DNA from: Eledone cirrhosa
Lineage: Eukaryota
Length of the DNA: 64,000 nucleotides
NCBI GenBank assembly: GCA_964016885.1
Contig: OZ024742.1
Coordinates: 58,156,001 to 58,220,000 of the forward strand
Direction: 5' to 3'
Shown: piece after piece, positions 25,439-36,629 of the stretch
How positions within the stretch are numbered: position 1 is the stretch's first letter
Layout: each line of letters begins with the position of its first letter
Notes under the pieces: generated by a model
Told to the model about the DNA's origin: nothing
What the model saw: only the letters and a program-made list of their open reading frames with translations
Databases searched by the model: none
Position numbers and translations under genes: made by a program

Positions 25439-28400
25439 AAAGAAGCCGATAAAATGAATACTGTGGTCATTATGAACACTGACTACTATAGGGACCTGGC
25501 ACTTAAAATCTTAGACGACAACAAATACTACGAAAAAACAGAACTACAAACTAAAACAACGGGGAATCTCCCAGCATTACTACAAAAATATCGCAATAAC
25601 TTAACCACAAAAGAATTTGAATATATAAGCCATTTCAAATATAAAACAAGTGCTTTCTACGGCTTATCAAAGATACATAAATGTAAACTCATAAACGATG
25701 CATGTGACACTTCGACTAACAAATACATACATTTAACACCACCAGAAAACTTAAAACTCAAACCAATTATAGCAGGCCCTGCATGTGAATCCCACAGACT
25801 TAGCAACTTCCTGGACATCTTTCTAAAGCCCTTCCTAAAACATATACAGAGTTACATACGGGATGACCTTGATATGCTGAACCACCTACCTAAAACAGTA
25901 AGTGAAGACACTATTCTTGTCTCCTTTGACGTAAAGTTTTACACTAATATACCCCACAACTATGGAATAACAGCAATCCAGTTTTGGCGAGACACACCAA
26001 TCTGAAATACCAACACGCATCAACAAAAACTTTATTATTGATGGCCTCCGATTTATCTTACAGAATAATTATTTTACTTTCAATGATTCAACATACCGAC
26101 AAATCTCATGTACTGCAATGGGCACGAAGGTAGCCCCCACATACGTTAACCTAGTCATGTGATTCCACGAACAACAAACTTACAACCAATCCCTTCTATT
26201 ATTTGGAGACTCTTTCCTTACACATCTCAAAAATAATTGGGAGACCTAGATGATTGCTTTATACTATGGCAGGAAAACATGAATACATTCATTATTTTCA
26301 AAAATATGATAAACACTATTAACAATAACATACAATTCACAATGGAATCAAACTCCAAGGAATTAGCCTTCTTCAATATCCTTATTTTAAAAACAAATGG
26401 GAAAATAGAAACAGACATCTTTTATAAACCCACCGACTCCAAACAGTACCTCCTCTTCACATCAAGGCACCCAAAACATACAAAACTTAACATTCCTTTT
26501 AACTTAGCCAAACGTATATGCACTATAGCATCAGACCCAACTAAACGGGAACAAAGACTAAATGAACTAAAAAACACACTTGCCTTCCCACTTGACATAA
26601 TTAATAACGGAATAAACAGAGCAAAACATGCAAATTTTCATCCACTTAGCAATCCAAAGCACAGAACCAATAGCTACAATCATTTCCCCATTATATGGAG
26701 CACAGATGTCAGACCAGGAGAAATGAAAAAACTTAAATATATTCGAAACATTTATAAAAAGGCAACTAGACTGACTGAAGCGTTACATACCATCAACAAT
26801 GGCTAATTACTTCTGCTAACTACCAAGAAGAGTGTTGATAGAAGGCAGATGTTACATCAATGCAACTTTCTCTAACTGGTGTATGGAGACATACATACCA
26901 AAACTTGAGAGACCATCGACTTCGGCTGCCATAGATAACGTTACTGAAACAGAACCAAAATTCATTAGTAAAAGCGGAACAACTCTGTTTCTTTTCAACT
27001 ATCTATCATATATATTTACTTCGAAAAAATTCCGTACAGAGCAGGACAAGAAGGCTTACTGGCTAAATCGATCTAATAACGAAAATTTCATGAAAGCCAT
27101 TGCTCATCATCAATACGACAGTGTGATGAAGAAGGTTCTGGAATGCGAGAAACTAAATACGCTGCCTCGACCATTCAGAACGAAGTTCGAAAATATGAAT
27201 TGGGAGTTCTTCAATAGCAACAGCACTTACCTCGATGTAGACACTTCCTTGAAAGTTATTAGAACGATAGTCATAACACAAAACATTGTAGAGAACTATT
27301 TCGTCAACCAAGTGTGGGAACTGTTGACGCTGAAAGCTCAAAAACGAAATCTGTTATTACGAGGACTTCCTAACACCGGGAAGAGTATGATAGCACGATC
27401 TATTGCAGATCTGTTCACACACATTTCGACAATGCAGGGGACATCCAGTTTCCCTTTCCAAAATTTTATAAATGTAGAAATTGGTTTAATTGAAGAGCCA
27501 TCATTCATGCTCAAAACACTGCAAACATTTAAAAAAACTAGCAGAAGGGGTCGATACTAAAGTGATGGTCAAATTCAAGTTAGACCAAACTGTCAAATAT
27601 ACACTGCTGATTATATCAAATACAAAATTTGATTCGCAAGGACAGACAGCAGAAAAACAAGCTTTCGTTACTAGATATTCGGAATTCGTGTTCAACGTAC
27701 AATCTCCTTTTCTGAAGCATGTCAGAAAAATGTTAAATCCTAGCATATGGAATATTTCGTTTTATGAACACTGTTTCTCATCTATATCAAATGAAGAGAG
27801 TGATTCATTGGATGAACACCTCGCTTTCATTTTAGATGAATATGAAAGAAAATGTGAAGAACATCGAAAAAGAAGTACCGAAGAAAACAAACGAGTGGAT
27901 TGGGGACTCCGAGTAGAACTGGAAGCAGGGACACCCTGCATGCACACCAGAACAAAGAGAATATACCTCCAAAGAAGATTTTACAGAGGAGCCCAAATGG
28001 GCATTATGCATGTCTTCATTATATAATTAAAATGCATGATTTATATATTATTATATTATATTTTGGGGCAATTAAAAATACTTTTAAAAAAAAGAAATTG
28101 AAAAAACAGAAAGTAAAAAGAAAATGAAGACCGATCGGTTTGCATTTTTCTTTTTAAAACGGCGATCAATGCACCGTTCAAAGAGGGTCAAACTTTTACA
28201 GAGAAGCTGATCTACGTAATCACATGCGGTGGTTGTCGAGATAACTACATAGGACAGACGGGTGTGACATTATGCAAAAGAATGACCATCCATCGCCTAC
28301 AAATCTGTGAACACAAGAAAAATCCCCTTAAGTAGCTACATTGCAGATTGTGCAGGAATGACCCTACCCAACTTTAAAATCTTCACCCTTTATAAGTGCT

Positions 28401-28480
28401 CATATTCTTTCACACAACAACAAAGAATAAACAAAAACTACTTTATTAACAGATTTAAACCAAAATTAAATACGTAATCA
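25439..28480 (+). mobile_element. Penelope-like element (RT 25439-26680, GIY-YIG 28200-28480) split by a parvoviral insert
   Basis: KEADK..VVIM, FYGLSKIHK, KPIIAG, LVSFDV..YTNIPH, MGTKVAP, LDDCF and YKPTD..QYL..SRHP. Downstream LIYVITCGGCRDNYIGQTG..KRMTIH. Confidence 0.9.
26832..28026 (+). pseudogene. Endogenous parvovirus/densovirus NS1 (Rep, SF3 helicase) fragment with one frameshift near 27535
   Basis: KRNLLLRGLPNTGKS (Walker A), FPFQN, IGLIEE (Walker B), FKKLAEGVDTKVMVK (motif B') and LLIISN (motif C). Confidence 0.85.
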
Positions 28481-28499
28481 CCCCCATTAGATGCTCTCT

Positions 28500-30420
28500 C
28501 TCTTACTATAAACTCTTCCTCCATAAAGTTGAAGATGTGGTCAAGCATTTGAAATGGAGAGCATTAGGTTTCGATGGAATGCTGTCAAGTTCTGCCAATA
28601 TATTCAACCTCAAATCTAGAAAGTACCCACCTAAGGTAAATGAACTCGCTAGCTTTGAGGTGATCTTCTTAGTCTCGTTGCACTCCAATTCTTTTCAAAA
28701 CAAAATAAGTAGAGTCATTAAAAACATCAGATCTTCTGATAGAACTTCCGTCCTATCTGATAAAACTAACAACCTGTATGAATTAGATCAGTCTACCTAT
28801 AATCAACTCCTTAGCAAAATCATACAGGCTAAATACAAAAAAGCTGACTCTGCTACCTATTATGCCATTAATACTGGCGCTAAGGATATAGCCACCACCC
28901 TTAGAGTAGGCAACAAATTAGAGTGTTTGGTTAGGTGAGAGGCCTATATCACCCTTAAGGACCATAAGGATGACTTTGCCAACAAACCAACGTGTAGATT
29001 TATAAACCCTGCTAAAACAGAGCTAGTTCTTGTTAGTAAAGACATACTCAAGAAAATTAATATAGCCATTAGGAAACAGTCCAGCCTTAATCAGTGGGAT
29101 AATAGTCAAACAGTTATAGATTGGTTTAATGTCCTCAAACACACTAAGAAAGCTAGATTTACACAATTTGACATTATTGACTTTTACCCCTCGAATTCCA
29201 GGACCTTACTTGATAAGGCCCTTGATTTCGCTACTAAATTTACTAGCGTAGATGATTTGGACTGTTTAGTCATATCCCACTGCAGGGAAACCCTCCTCTT
29301 TAGCAATGGAGACCCATGGATAAAACAATCAACCACCAATGACCTATTCAATGTACTGATGGGATCATTTGACAGCGCAGATATATGCGATTTGGTGGGC
29401 CTATTTGTTCTAGACACCATACAGAACAAATTCCCAGATTTCCATACGGGGATATATCGCGATGACGATCTGGCACTATCTATCCATGAAAATGGCCATG
29501 ACCTGGACACTTTTAGGAAAAGCTTAATCACTACCTTCAACAGTCTAGGTTTAAAAATTACAATAGCCACTAATCTCATGCACGTATAGACCATTCCACA
29601 AACCCAGTACATCCATAAAAACCTACATCACCAGCAAACACAAAAGCCCTCCACCATAGGGATGTTCATGTAGAAGACCTGAAACATGTCCACTAGACCA
29701 ACAGTGCAATTCCAAGCAGAGTTTACCTCCACCAACCAGAACTACCAAACTGAAGCCTGGACCAATGTTGGTATGTCCGAGAGCCAGTTTAAAAACTGGT
29801 AACTGAATCATGAAACAACATTCAGATATCCCAACAAAAAACATACCACCCAGCTCAGAACAACAGCACCCCTTTCCATCTAATGGCGGGTTTTGAAAAG
29901 CTCTACTGCCCACGTAAATGGGTCGAAATATTGTTGACTTTGTAATTCTGAAAAATGGTGGATACTCTCACAATTACCTTCAGATAAGGACTGCCTCAAC
30001 ACATGGCTCAATTGTTTTGGCGGCTGAACCCATGTGGTGAAGTATATTTTGGATAAATGGCTTAGGCCTAACTAGCAGGTCTAAAAGTATCTTTTAATTT
30101 ACTGACTATATTGTAATTCAGTGAAATTGGATTTTTTGAGTCAACTAGAAGAAATTATTGTGCTTCTATTTTCATTCAAAATTGACTGTGGTCTCTCGAG
30201 TTACCTCCCTTGATCTTACCCTATAATTTTAAAAACCTTTTTTCTAAATTACCTGCCCCTGCATAAACTCTTAAAAGGATAGCACAATCAACCCTAGGTG
30301 GCCATCTTTGTTTTTATTTTTCTCATGACAAGCTAAATGAGTTGGAGCCCAGAACCCAATGAAACTTGAGTACCTGTCTATTTCACTGTTGTGGGTGTAT
30401 AATCTATACCATCATATTTT
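28500..30420 (+). mobile_element. Penelope-like element, decayed and internally deleted
   Basis: KVEDVVKHLKWRA, DKTNNLY, YITLKDHKDDF..KPTCR..NPAK, FTQFDIIDFYPS, MGSFDSADICDLVG and IYRDDDL. 3' hammerhead remnant. Confidence 0.88.
30327..30378 (+). ncRNA. Degenerate type I hammerhead ribozyme motif
   Basis: gacaag-CTAAATGA-gttgg..ccaat-GAAACT-tg-AGUA-cctgtc. Core altered from CUGAUGA. Confidence 0.55.
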
Positions 30421-30494
30421 AAAGAATGAATATATTTAGCTAGGGAGGTAACATTTTTAAGCCTATTATATCTAAATGTATAATTAAATGTATA

Positions 30495-30928
30495 ATAGCA
30501 GCCTCCTCCAGAGTCTGATCCCATTGAGCGTCATCTTCCAAGAGTCCAAGTTTTGCACATGCCTCCCTATACGTAATGCAGAGGTTGCCATTGATGCGCC
30601 GTAGCTCAGTGAAAGAAGTAGGATCCCTAACACTGTGCAGCAAAATACATACCTACGTCAAATTTCATTGGAAGTGGACAAATTCCGTAAATATCGACTT
30701 TTGCCTCTGGTGATCCAGTTATCATCGCCGGATCAAAATACACACTTGCGTCGAGTTTCATCGAAATCAGACGATTTTTGAAAATATCGATTTTTGGCTT
30801 CTGGGAGACCGATTATTGATTTTTCAAAAATTTCAAGTAGCCTATTCCAATCTACGGGTCGAGTTTTATGAAAACCGGATGAACGGTGTAGCCTGCAAGT
30901 TTGGGACACCAAACAAACAAACAAACAA
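30495..30928 (-). mobile_element. Helitron fragment (RepHel linker plus (GTTT)n 5'-region-like sequence)
   Basis: LLHSVRDPTSFTELRRING..TYREACAKLGLLEDDAQWDQTLEEAA is a typical Helitron RepHel motif. Confidence 0.75.
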
Positions 30929-32121
30929 AAATCAAGGCCTTGTTTAATAGGATAGGGGAGATAGATGCATAGTAGAAATTTAAGTATTTTCTTGTCTGGT
31001 ATCCCAGTGAACCAATTAATAACCTGATCTGTGTTACCCCATAACATAATATTAGCCTCAACCTTTAATTTATGTATTAATCTATCTAGGATATTTTTAC
31101 TAATTTTACCAATGTCTGATGTAGATGGGCATATTAGTCTAATCGAGGGGTTATCATTAAATTAACCTTGTGATTCTTAAGGGAGAATAGTGGTCATAGG
31201 TTTATAAGGGTCAGTGTATTTTTCAATTTCTAGGTTAGTTACAATAGTTTTACCCAATCTATTTATATTTTTAAGTGTGCTTACAGGTGTCTTGTAATTT
31301 TTACTTAATTCACTAGACATAAACAATTTATACCTATTTATATCGATCTTATATAAGTTTTTAGTCTTGTCTGAGACAACATATAAGCATTTCTCATCCC
31401 TTATTTCTTTATAGAATTCAAAAAGTTGTTGATGTATGTGGATATTTCTTTGAATTGTAGGTTTCTAATCATGTTCAGTAGATCATTTTCGAAGGAGTCT
31501 AGTAAGATATGTGGTGGGTTTCTATAAGTTTTGAATTCATACATTTCTTTAGTTTTAGGGTGTTCAGTCATTTCTTTATCCATGTGGTAGGCTTTTTATC
31601 TAACTCTATGTATGAACAAGTTGATAGCTACGATCATCTGTTTGAGGTAGGCCTTATTATTGGGCACAGGTATGGACTTAAGCGACATCAATAGTGGTTG
31701 CTTCTCCAACATTTTGGCAACTAATGTATAGAGCTCAACTGCTAGGAGCACAATATCAAAGAAAGAGATATATATCATAAGAATAGAGGACAATAATATA
31801 ATATATTAGATGCCTATAGCCGAAGCAGTGTGCTCTATGCTTGGAAATGCAATGTTAAATATTATATTGAGGTTAATATTTAAGGAGAGTTAAATGCAGA
31901 AGGTAAACAGAGTCGGTATAATCAAAGTATATGGAGGAGAAGGCAATACATTTAAAACCAAGATTTACTTCTTACACTGTATTTCATCTCGAAGTACAAT
32001 TATAATATAACAGGTAGACATATATTGGTGTGTGTATATACTACAGTATTCATGTACTTAAGACTCATCAGAGAAAAAAATTGTCTTTAAGGATGTTGCT
32101 GGAGGGAAAGTCCAATCCGTA
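30929..32121 (-). mobile_element. 5' part of a Penelope-like element with 5' pLTR
   Basis: SLKSIPVP..YLK..FIHRVR, FENDLLNMIRNLQFK, WGNTDQVINWF and YYASISPILLNKAL. Hammerhead upstream. Confidence 0.8.
31963..32080 (-). ncRNA. Type I hammerhead ribozyme (inverted twin of 32351-32465)
   Basis: Reverse strand reads tttct-CUGAUGA-gtcttaagtaca...tgtacttcgagat-GAAAUACAGUGUA-agaag. Confidence 0.75.
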
Positions 32122-32350
32122 TGATGGAAAAGCACAGCTACACATCAATGATACAATTATTCCTTAAGAGGAATGGTTGGAGGCATTTATACACATCTCT
32201 GCTCATACTTTCATTGTTACTTGTTCAAAAAGATAAGGATTTTATTTTCCGAAAATGGTGGCTATAAAGGAGCATAATTACCTAAGGGAAATAACTGCAG
32301 TGTATTTTATGGAATTGGACTTTTCCTCCAGCAACATCCTTAAAGACAAT

Positions 32351-32465
32351 TTTTTTCTCTGATGAGTCTTAAGTACATGAATATTGTAGCATATATACAC
32401 ACACATATATGTCTACCAGTTACATTATAATTGTACTTTGAGATGAAACAGTGTAAGAAGTAAAT
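32351..32465 (+). ncRNA. Type I hammerhead ribozyme with intact core and long stem II
   Basis: tttct-CUGAUGA (32359-32365), gtcttaagtaca...tgtactttgagat, GAAACAGUGUA (cleavage after 32455), agaag. Confidence 0.8.
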
Positions 32466-32519
32466 CTTGTTTTTATTTTGATTATATATATGTGTGTGTG
32501 TATATATATATATATAAGG

Positions 32520-35475
32520 GATAACAAAATATCGTTATAGGTAATCCAGTTAGAGGTTGTGAATACTCCGTATTGTGGATAGTTTTAGCGTACAGCGTTG
32601 TTTGACTCAACAAGAGGTTTCCGTAGGTGGCGAGTTTGTGAGTTCTCTTGAATTCCTATGTAAGTTTATCTTGGAGTAATAATATTGAAAGAGTGAAGAA
32701 TAACATGGTCAACAGTATAAAAAAGGGTTTTATTTACAGTATTAACAATTGTTTCACTGATTAAGTTGTCTAAAAATTGCTGAACATTTGAAGCTGTGCC
32801 AGTCAATTTTAAATACGATGTTAGCTTAACCAGATCATCAGAAAGGACTGTTAAAATATACTCAGCGTTTACGAATTCAAATTACATCATTAATAAAGAA
32901 AGAGAGAGAAAAAAGATAAAAGATAAAGAAAAAGAAAAATATAGAGAAAAAAATAATAAAGATAATAATAAATGAATAAATGTTAATAAATAAGTTATAA
33001 CGAGGATGAAAAAAAATAATACAAAATATGATAAAAAATAAATAAAAAAATTTAATATGTGCGCGGAGAAAAGTAAACAGTATGATTATTGAGTAGTTGT
33101 GGTGTTGGTGGTTAAAATATAGAGATATGATGGTATAAACATGAAAATGTTAAATATATTCATATATGTATTAGTTACATTAATAAATTAATTAAATAAT
33201 TGTAAGTTATATTAGAAGTGAAAATAATACGATAAGATATAATGTAAGAGATGAAATAAATTTAGGGAAAGAAATAGAAAGATAGAAAATGAAAGAAAGA
33301 AAATATAAGAGGTTATGATGTTGGTTCATTGACAGTTGATGACAATAATAATAATAATGATGATAATAGGTTATAATGGATTCAGGTGGTACAATTTGAA
33401 TTATGGAATAGATGGGATGAATTAAGTTGGTCTGAAATTATTGAATTTGCTCGCCGTTTTATGTCTACAGAAAATTGCTCGTTCAATTTTACTGTTAAAC
33501 AGCAATTTTTATATTTTAAAATATGGAATAATTCCATATTGCAAAGTCTACAATGGGACATGCCAATTCTATAGGCTATTGCCGTTGACAACTTCACCCA
33601 GCTAATTCTGTATTCCTGGTTTGTATCTTTGAGCTGCCAGATTTTATTGGTGAGCATCATTGTGTTCATAAGTTTACGGTTATTTATAGTGTCTGTGGGC
33701 ATACCATCTTTTCTTGAACTCCCTCGCCGTCGAACCTATGTAGTGCCATGCTAAGTTGCCTGAATTTATAGTACATAGGTTCACTATGTTTGACTCCAGG
33801 CATCTATTTTGTAGAGGGCATTTATCAAGTAAATGAGTTACATTTTGATGCTTTCCTATGTGCCGGTTCCGTGATACGGTTTTGTATGTTGTGTATGGGC
33901 TGAGAAGTGGGTTTGTTGATGTATTGTTGTGATGTGTTCTGACGTGTGTTTGGTTGTGATGTTGTTATGTGTTTGTTTTATATTTGGTGTTATGGTGCCT
34001 GTTTGTAGGCTATTTGTATTAGAGATTCTTTTATAGTTAATTTTATGTATGTGCGATTCTATGTTGGTGGCAGTAGAGTAAGATAGTTTGATAGTATTTC
34101 TATTAAAGATTTTATGGTATTTGTAAAGTTTAGGGAAGTGCTTGTCAATTAATTTAAAGAAAGTAGAAGTTAGTTTGGTTTTTATAGAGGAGTTAAATAT
34201 TGGATTGAACCATAAGTATTTTCTATCTCTGCATCTTCTATAGTTTCTAGTGGTCCTTATATTAGTATTCGGTTCTATTATTTCTGGTGATTGTTGCCAA
34301 TTTCTATGTTTAGTCCTAGATTTGTTGTTTCTATAGGTGTGGATAGTGTGTTGTTACTGTTTGTATCTGGTATGTATTTGAGCCTCTCTTTATGGTCTGC
34401 CTTAAGTAAAGCTATGTTGTAGTAGTTAGCGTGTTCCTTAAAAATCTCTAGATTAGAAGATAAGCATAAAATTCTAAGGGATATACTATATGCTATGGAG
34501 TTAATTATCGAGCGAGGGTGATTTGAGTTATAATTAATGTAAGCTAGTTTTCGTTATTTTTATGGAAGGGTTCTATTAGTCCTGTGTTTAGGTTAAGTGA
34601 TACATCTAAGAAGTTAGCTTTTTTAGAGTTGAGTTCAAAAGTGATGTTTAAGCCTAATTTATTGAAGAATGTTCTAATCTTTTTACGTAATCTTTCCAAG
34701 TTTTGATTATTTAAGTTTTTAGCTAAAAGTAACGTATCGTCTCTATAAATTCCTTCCTGTAGGTTATCAAATTCCTTATGCAAGATATGTGATATATATA
34801 TTCCGACAATGTCCGTTACTTGAGCTGAATCGTTAGATCCCATAGTGATATCAAAGTTATTTTGTCTATTTTTTCTTTCCCAGTAACTATTATCTAACCT
34901 AATGATTGTTCTAGCAGCTAGTATTATTTTAATTTCATCTGGTGATAAGTCAGAGTTTTTTTGTGCAAAGGTTAGTGCCTTATTTAGGGTAACTGGAGAA
35001 ATAGAGGAGTAGTAGTCATTGATGTCAAATTGTATGAAGTCGGAAGATTCCTTATTGTCTAATTTGCTAAACCAATCTATTGCTTCATTAGTGTTACCCC
35101 AAAGCTTAATTATTAGTTTTTCTTTAATTTGTGGTATTATTCTATCTAGTATATACTTGCTAATTTTGCCTATATCAGATTTTGATGAGCATATTAATCT
35201 AATAGTAGGGTCAGTTTCAAAGTTGCATTTCAGATTAAAAGTAGGTTTACAAGGGGTAAGAGGTTCAGTTCTATCATATTTTCATTTTTTTTACTGTTAA
35301 GTCCTTCCTTATTAATGCTATTGAGTGTAGACTCTAGTTTTCTTGTATTTTTTGTGTAATTCCCGGCGTATAAAGTTGTATGTATTAAGGCTCATGGTGT
35401 ATACGTTTGATGTTTTGTCTGCCTTTACTATAATACCGTTGGTGTTACGCAATTTTTTTAGTAGTGCATTGATGT
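32520..35475 (-). mobile_element. Penelope-like element (RT + GIY-YIG + 3' pLTR), 5'-truncated
   Basis: FDINDYYSSISP, MGSNDSAQVTDIVG, IYRDDTLL and NFLDVSLNLNTG, then GIY-YIG region WHYIGST and CRLCNME. Confidence 0.88.
32737..32850 (-). ncRNA. Type I hammerhead ribozyme motif with long stem II
   Basis: Reverse strand reads cagtccttt-CUGAUGA-tctggttaag...cttaatcagt-GAAACAAUUGUU-aatactg, with a palindromic stem III. Confidence 0.7.
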
Positions 35476-35561
35476 TATCTTTCTATTTCTTTCCCTAAAT
35501 TTATTTCATCTCTTACATTATATCTTATATTATTTTCACTTCTAATATAACTTACAATTAA

Positions 35562-36180
35562 TTGACCCAAAGGTCAAAACATTGGCCTTGACAAAGGTTG
35601 CTGTCGACAGGCCGCCTAGGTCAGCGCCAGAGTTGGGGAGGCCAAGGCCGAGTGGTGCGAAATAGAGGCGCTCCCAGTTGCTGGCTCGATAAGAGTCCAG
35701 AGTACTCTCAATTGAGGAAGCGAGAGCATCAGCTACCGGCACCCGGGCCACTCTCGGGATCTTGAGCGGAATCTTCCGGAGTCGTCTGAGCCGAGCGATG
35801 TTGACCAGCGTGGCTTGGGCATCAGACAATCTCACTGTCCCATCTGATGATGTGGCAGACGGCCATGGCTGGGCAGACGATGGGAAGAAACAGTTGCTGC
35901 ATCTCCACGCTACAAGGGCACTGGATGTTCGACGCGTCAAACAAACACAAGTGAGGTGGTGGAAGCAGCCGCAAATGAAGAGTTCCGGCCCTTCTTCCGC
36001 CTGTTCATGGTGTTGCAAGTGCTGCAGATGTCGACTGGTGGGGATGGAGGATGGGGCGTAGAGCCGGGGACTGTGGAACCAAACGGCATCAAGGGCAAGT
36101 GGCTGGTTGTCATCAGCCTGGATGCTAGGCTCAACTGTATGTGGGTGGAAGAGGAAGTGCGTATATGAGTGAGGCCTCAT
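35562..36180 (-). pseudogene. 5' fragment of a CRE-like non-LTR retrotransposon ORF with a PHD-like finger
   Basis: Frameshifted C4HC3-like motif (CSTC...CGCFHHLTCV..WRCSNC) followed by KIPRVARVPVADALAS..NWERL..F, similar to CRE-clade N-terminal regions. Confidence 0.55.
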
Positions 36181-36629
36181 AGTTCACCTAGACCAGATCT
36201 GGAGGCGACAGAAGACAAGATAGAAAAGAAGGGGACACATGAGAAAGTAGAAAATTAGTAAATAAATGAATGAATGAATGAATGAACAAATAGAAAACCG
36301 GGGTTTATTCCCAGCGAAAAGACCCAGGGTTCTGCATGCATACATGCGAGCATGTTAACAGATTCTCATAGAACCATGTGGCTAAAGATGAGTCTATCAA
36401 TCCTGAAAACATATGTATTGTTGTTCCTGGTGGTGGTGTTATTTTCATTGTTGCTGGCGTTGGCTTTCTCTTGTTAATGGTAGTGGTAGTGATTGCTGGT
36501 ATGATGTTGGTGTATACACATATATGTTGTTGTTGTTATTGTCACTGCTGCTGTCATTGCATTCCTCTTGTTAATGGTAGTGGTAGTTGATACTGCTACC
36601 TATTTTGGCTGCCAGAGCTCGAATGCCTT

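Larger units (their letters stand above)
31954..32475. repeat. ~165 bp inverted repeat (arms ~31954-32121 and ~32308-32475), inverted PLE pLTR
   Basis: The arms are reverse complements with few differences, and each contains a hammerhead. Confidence 0.9.

Noticed and set aside
30929-30970. Apparent Helitron 5' terminus (A|TC...) on the minus strand
   Set aside because: These bases encode the Penelope RT motif YYASISPILLNKAL, so they belong to the PLE. The Helitron fragment starts only at the (GTTT)n run.
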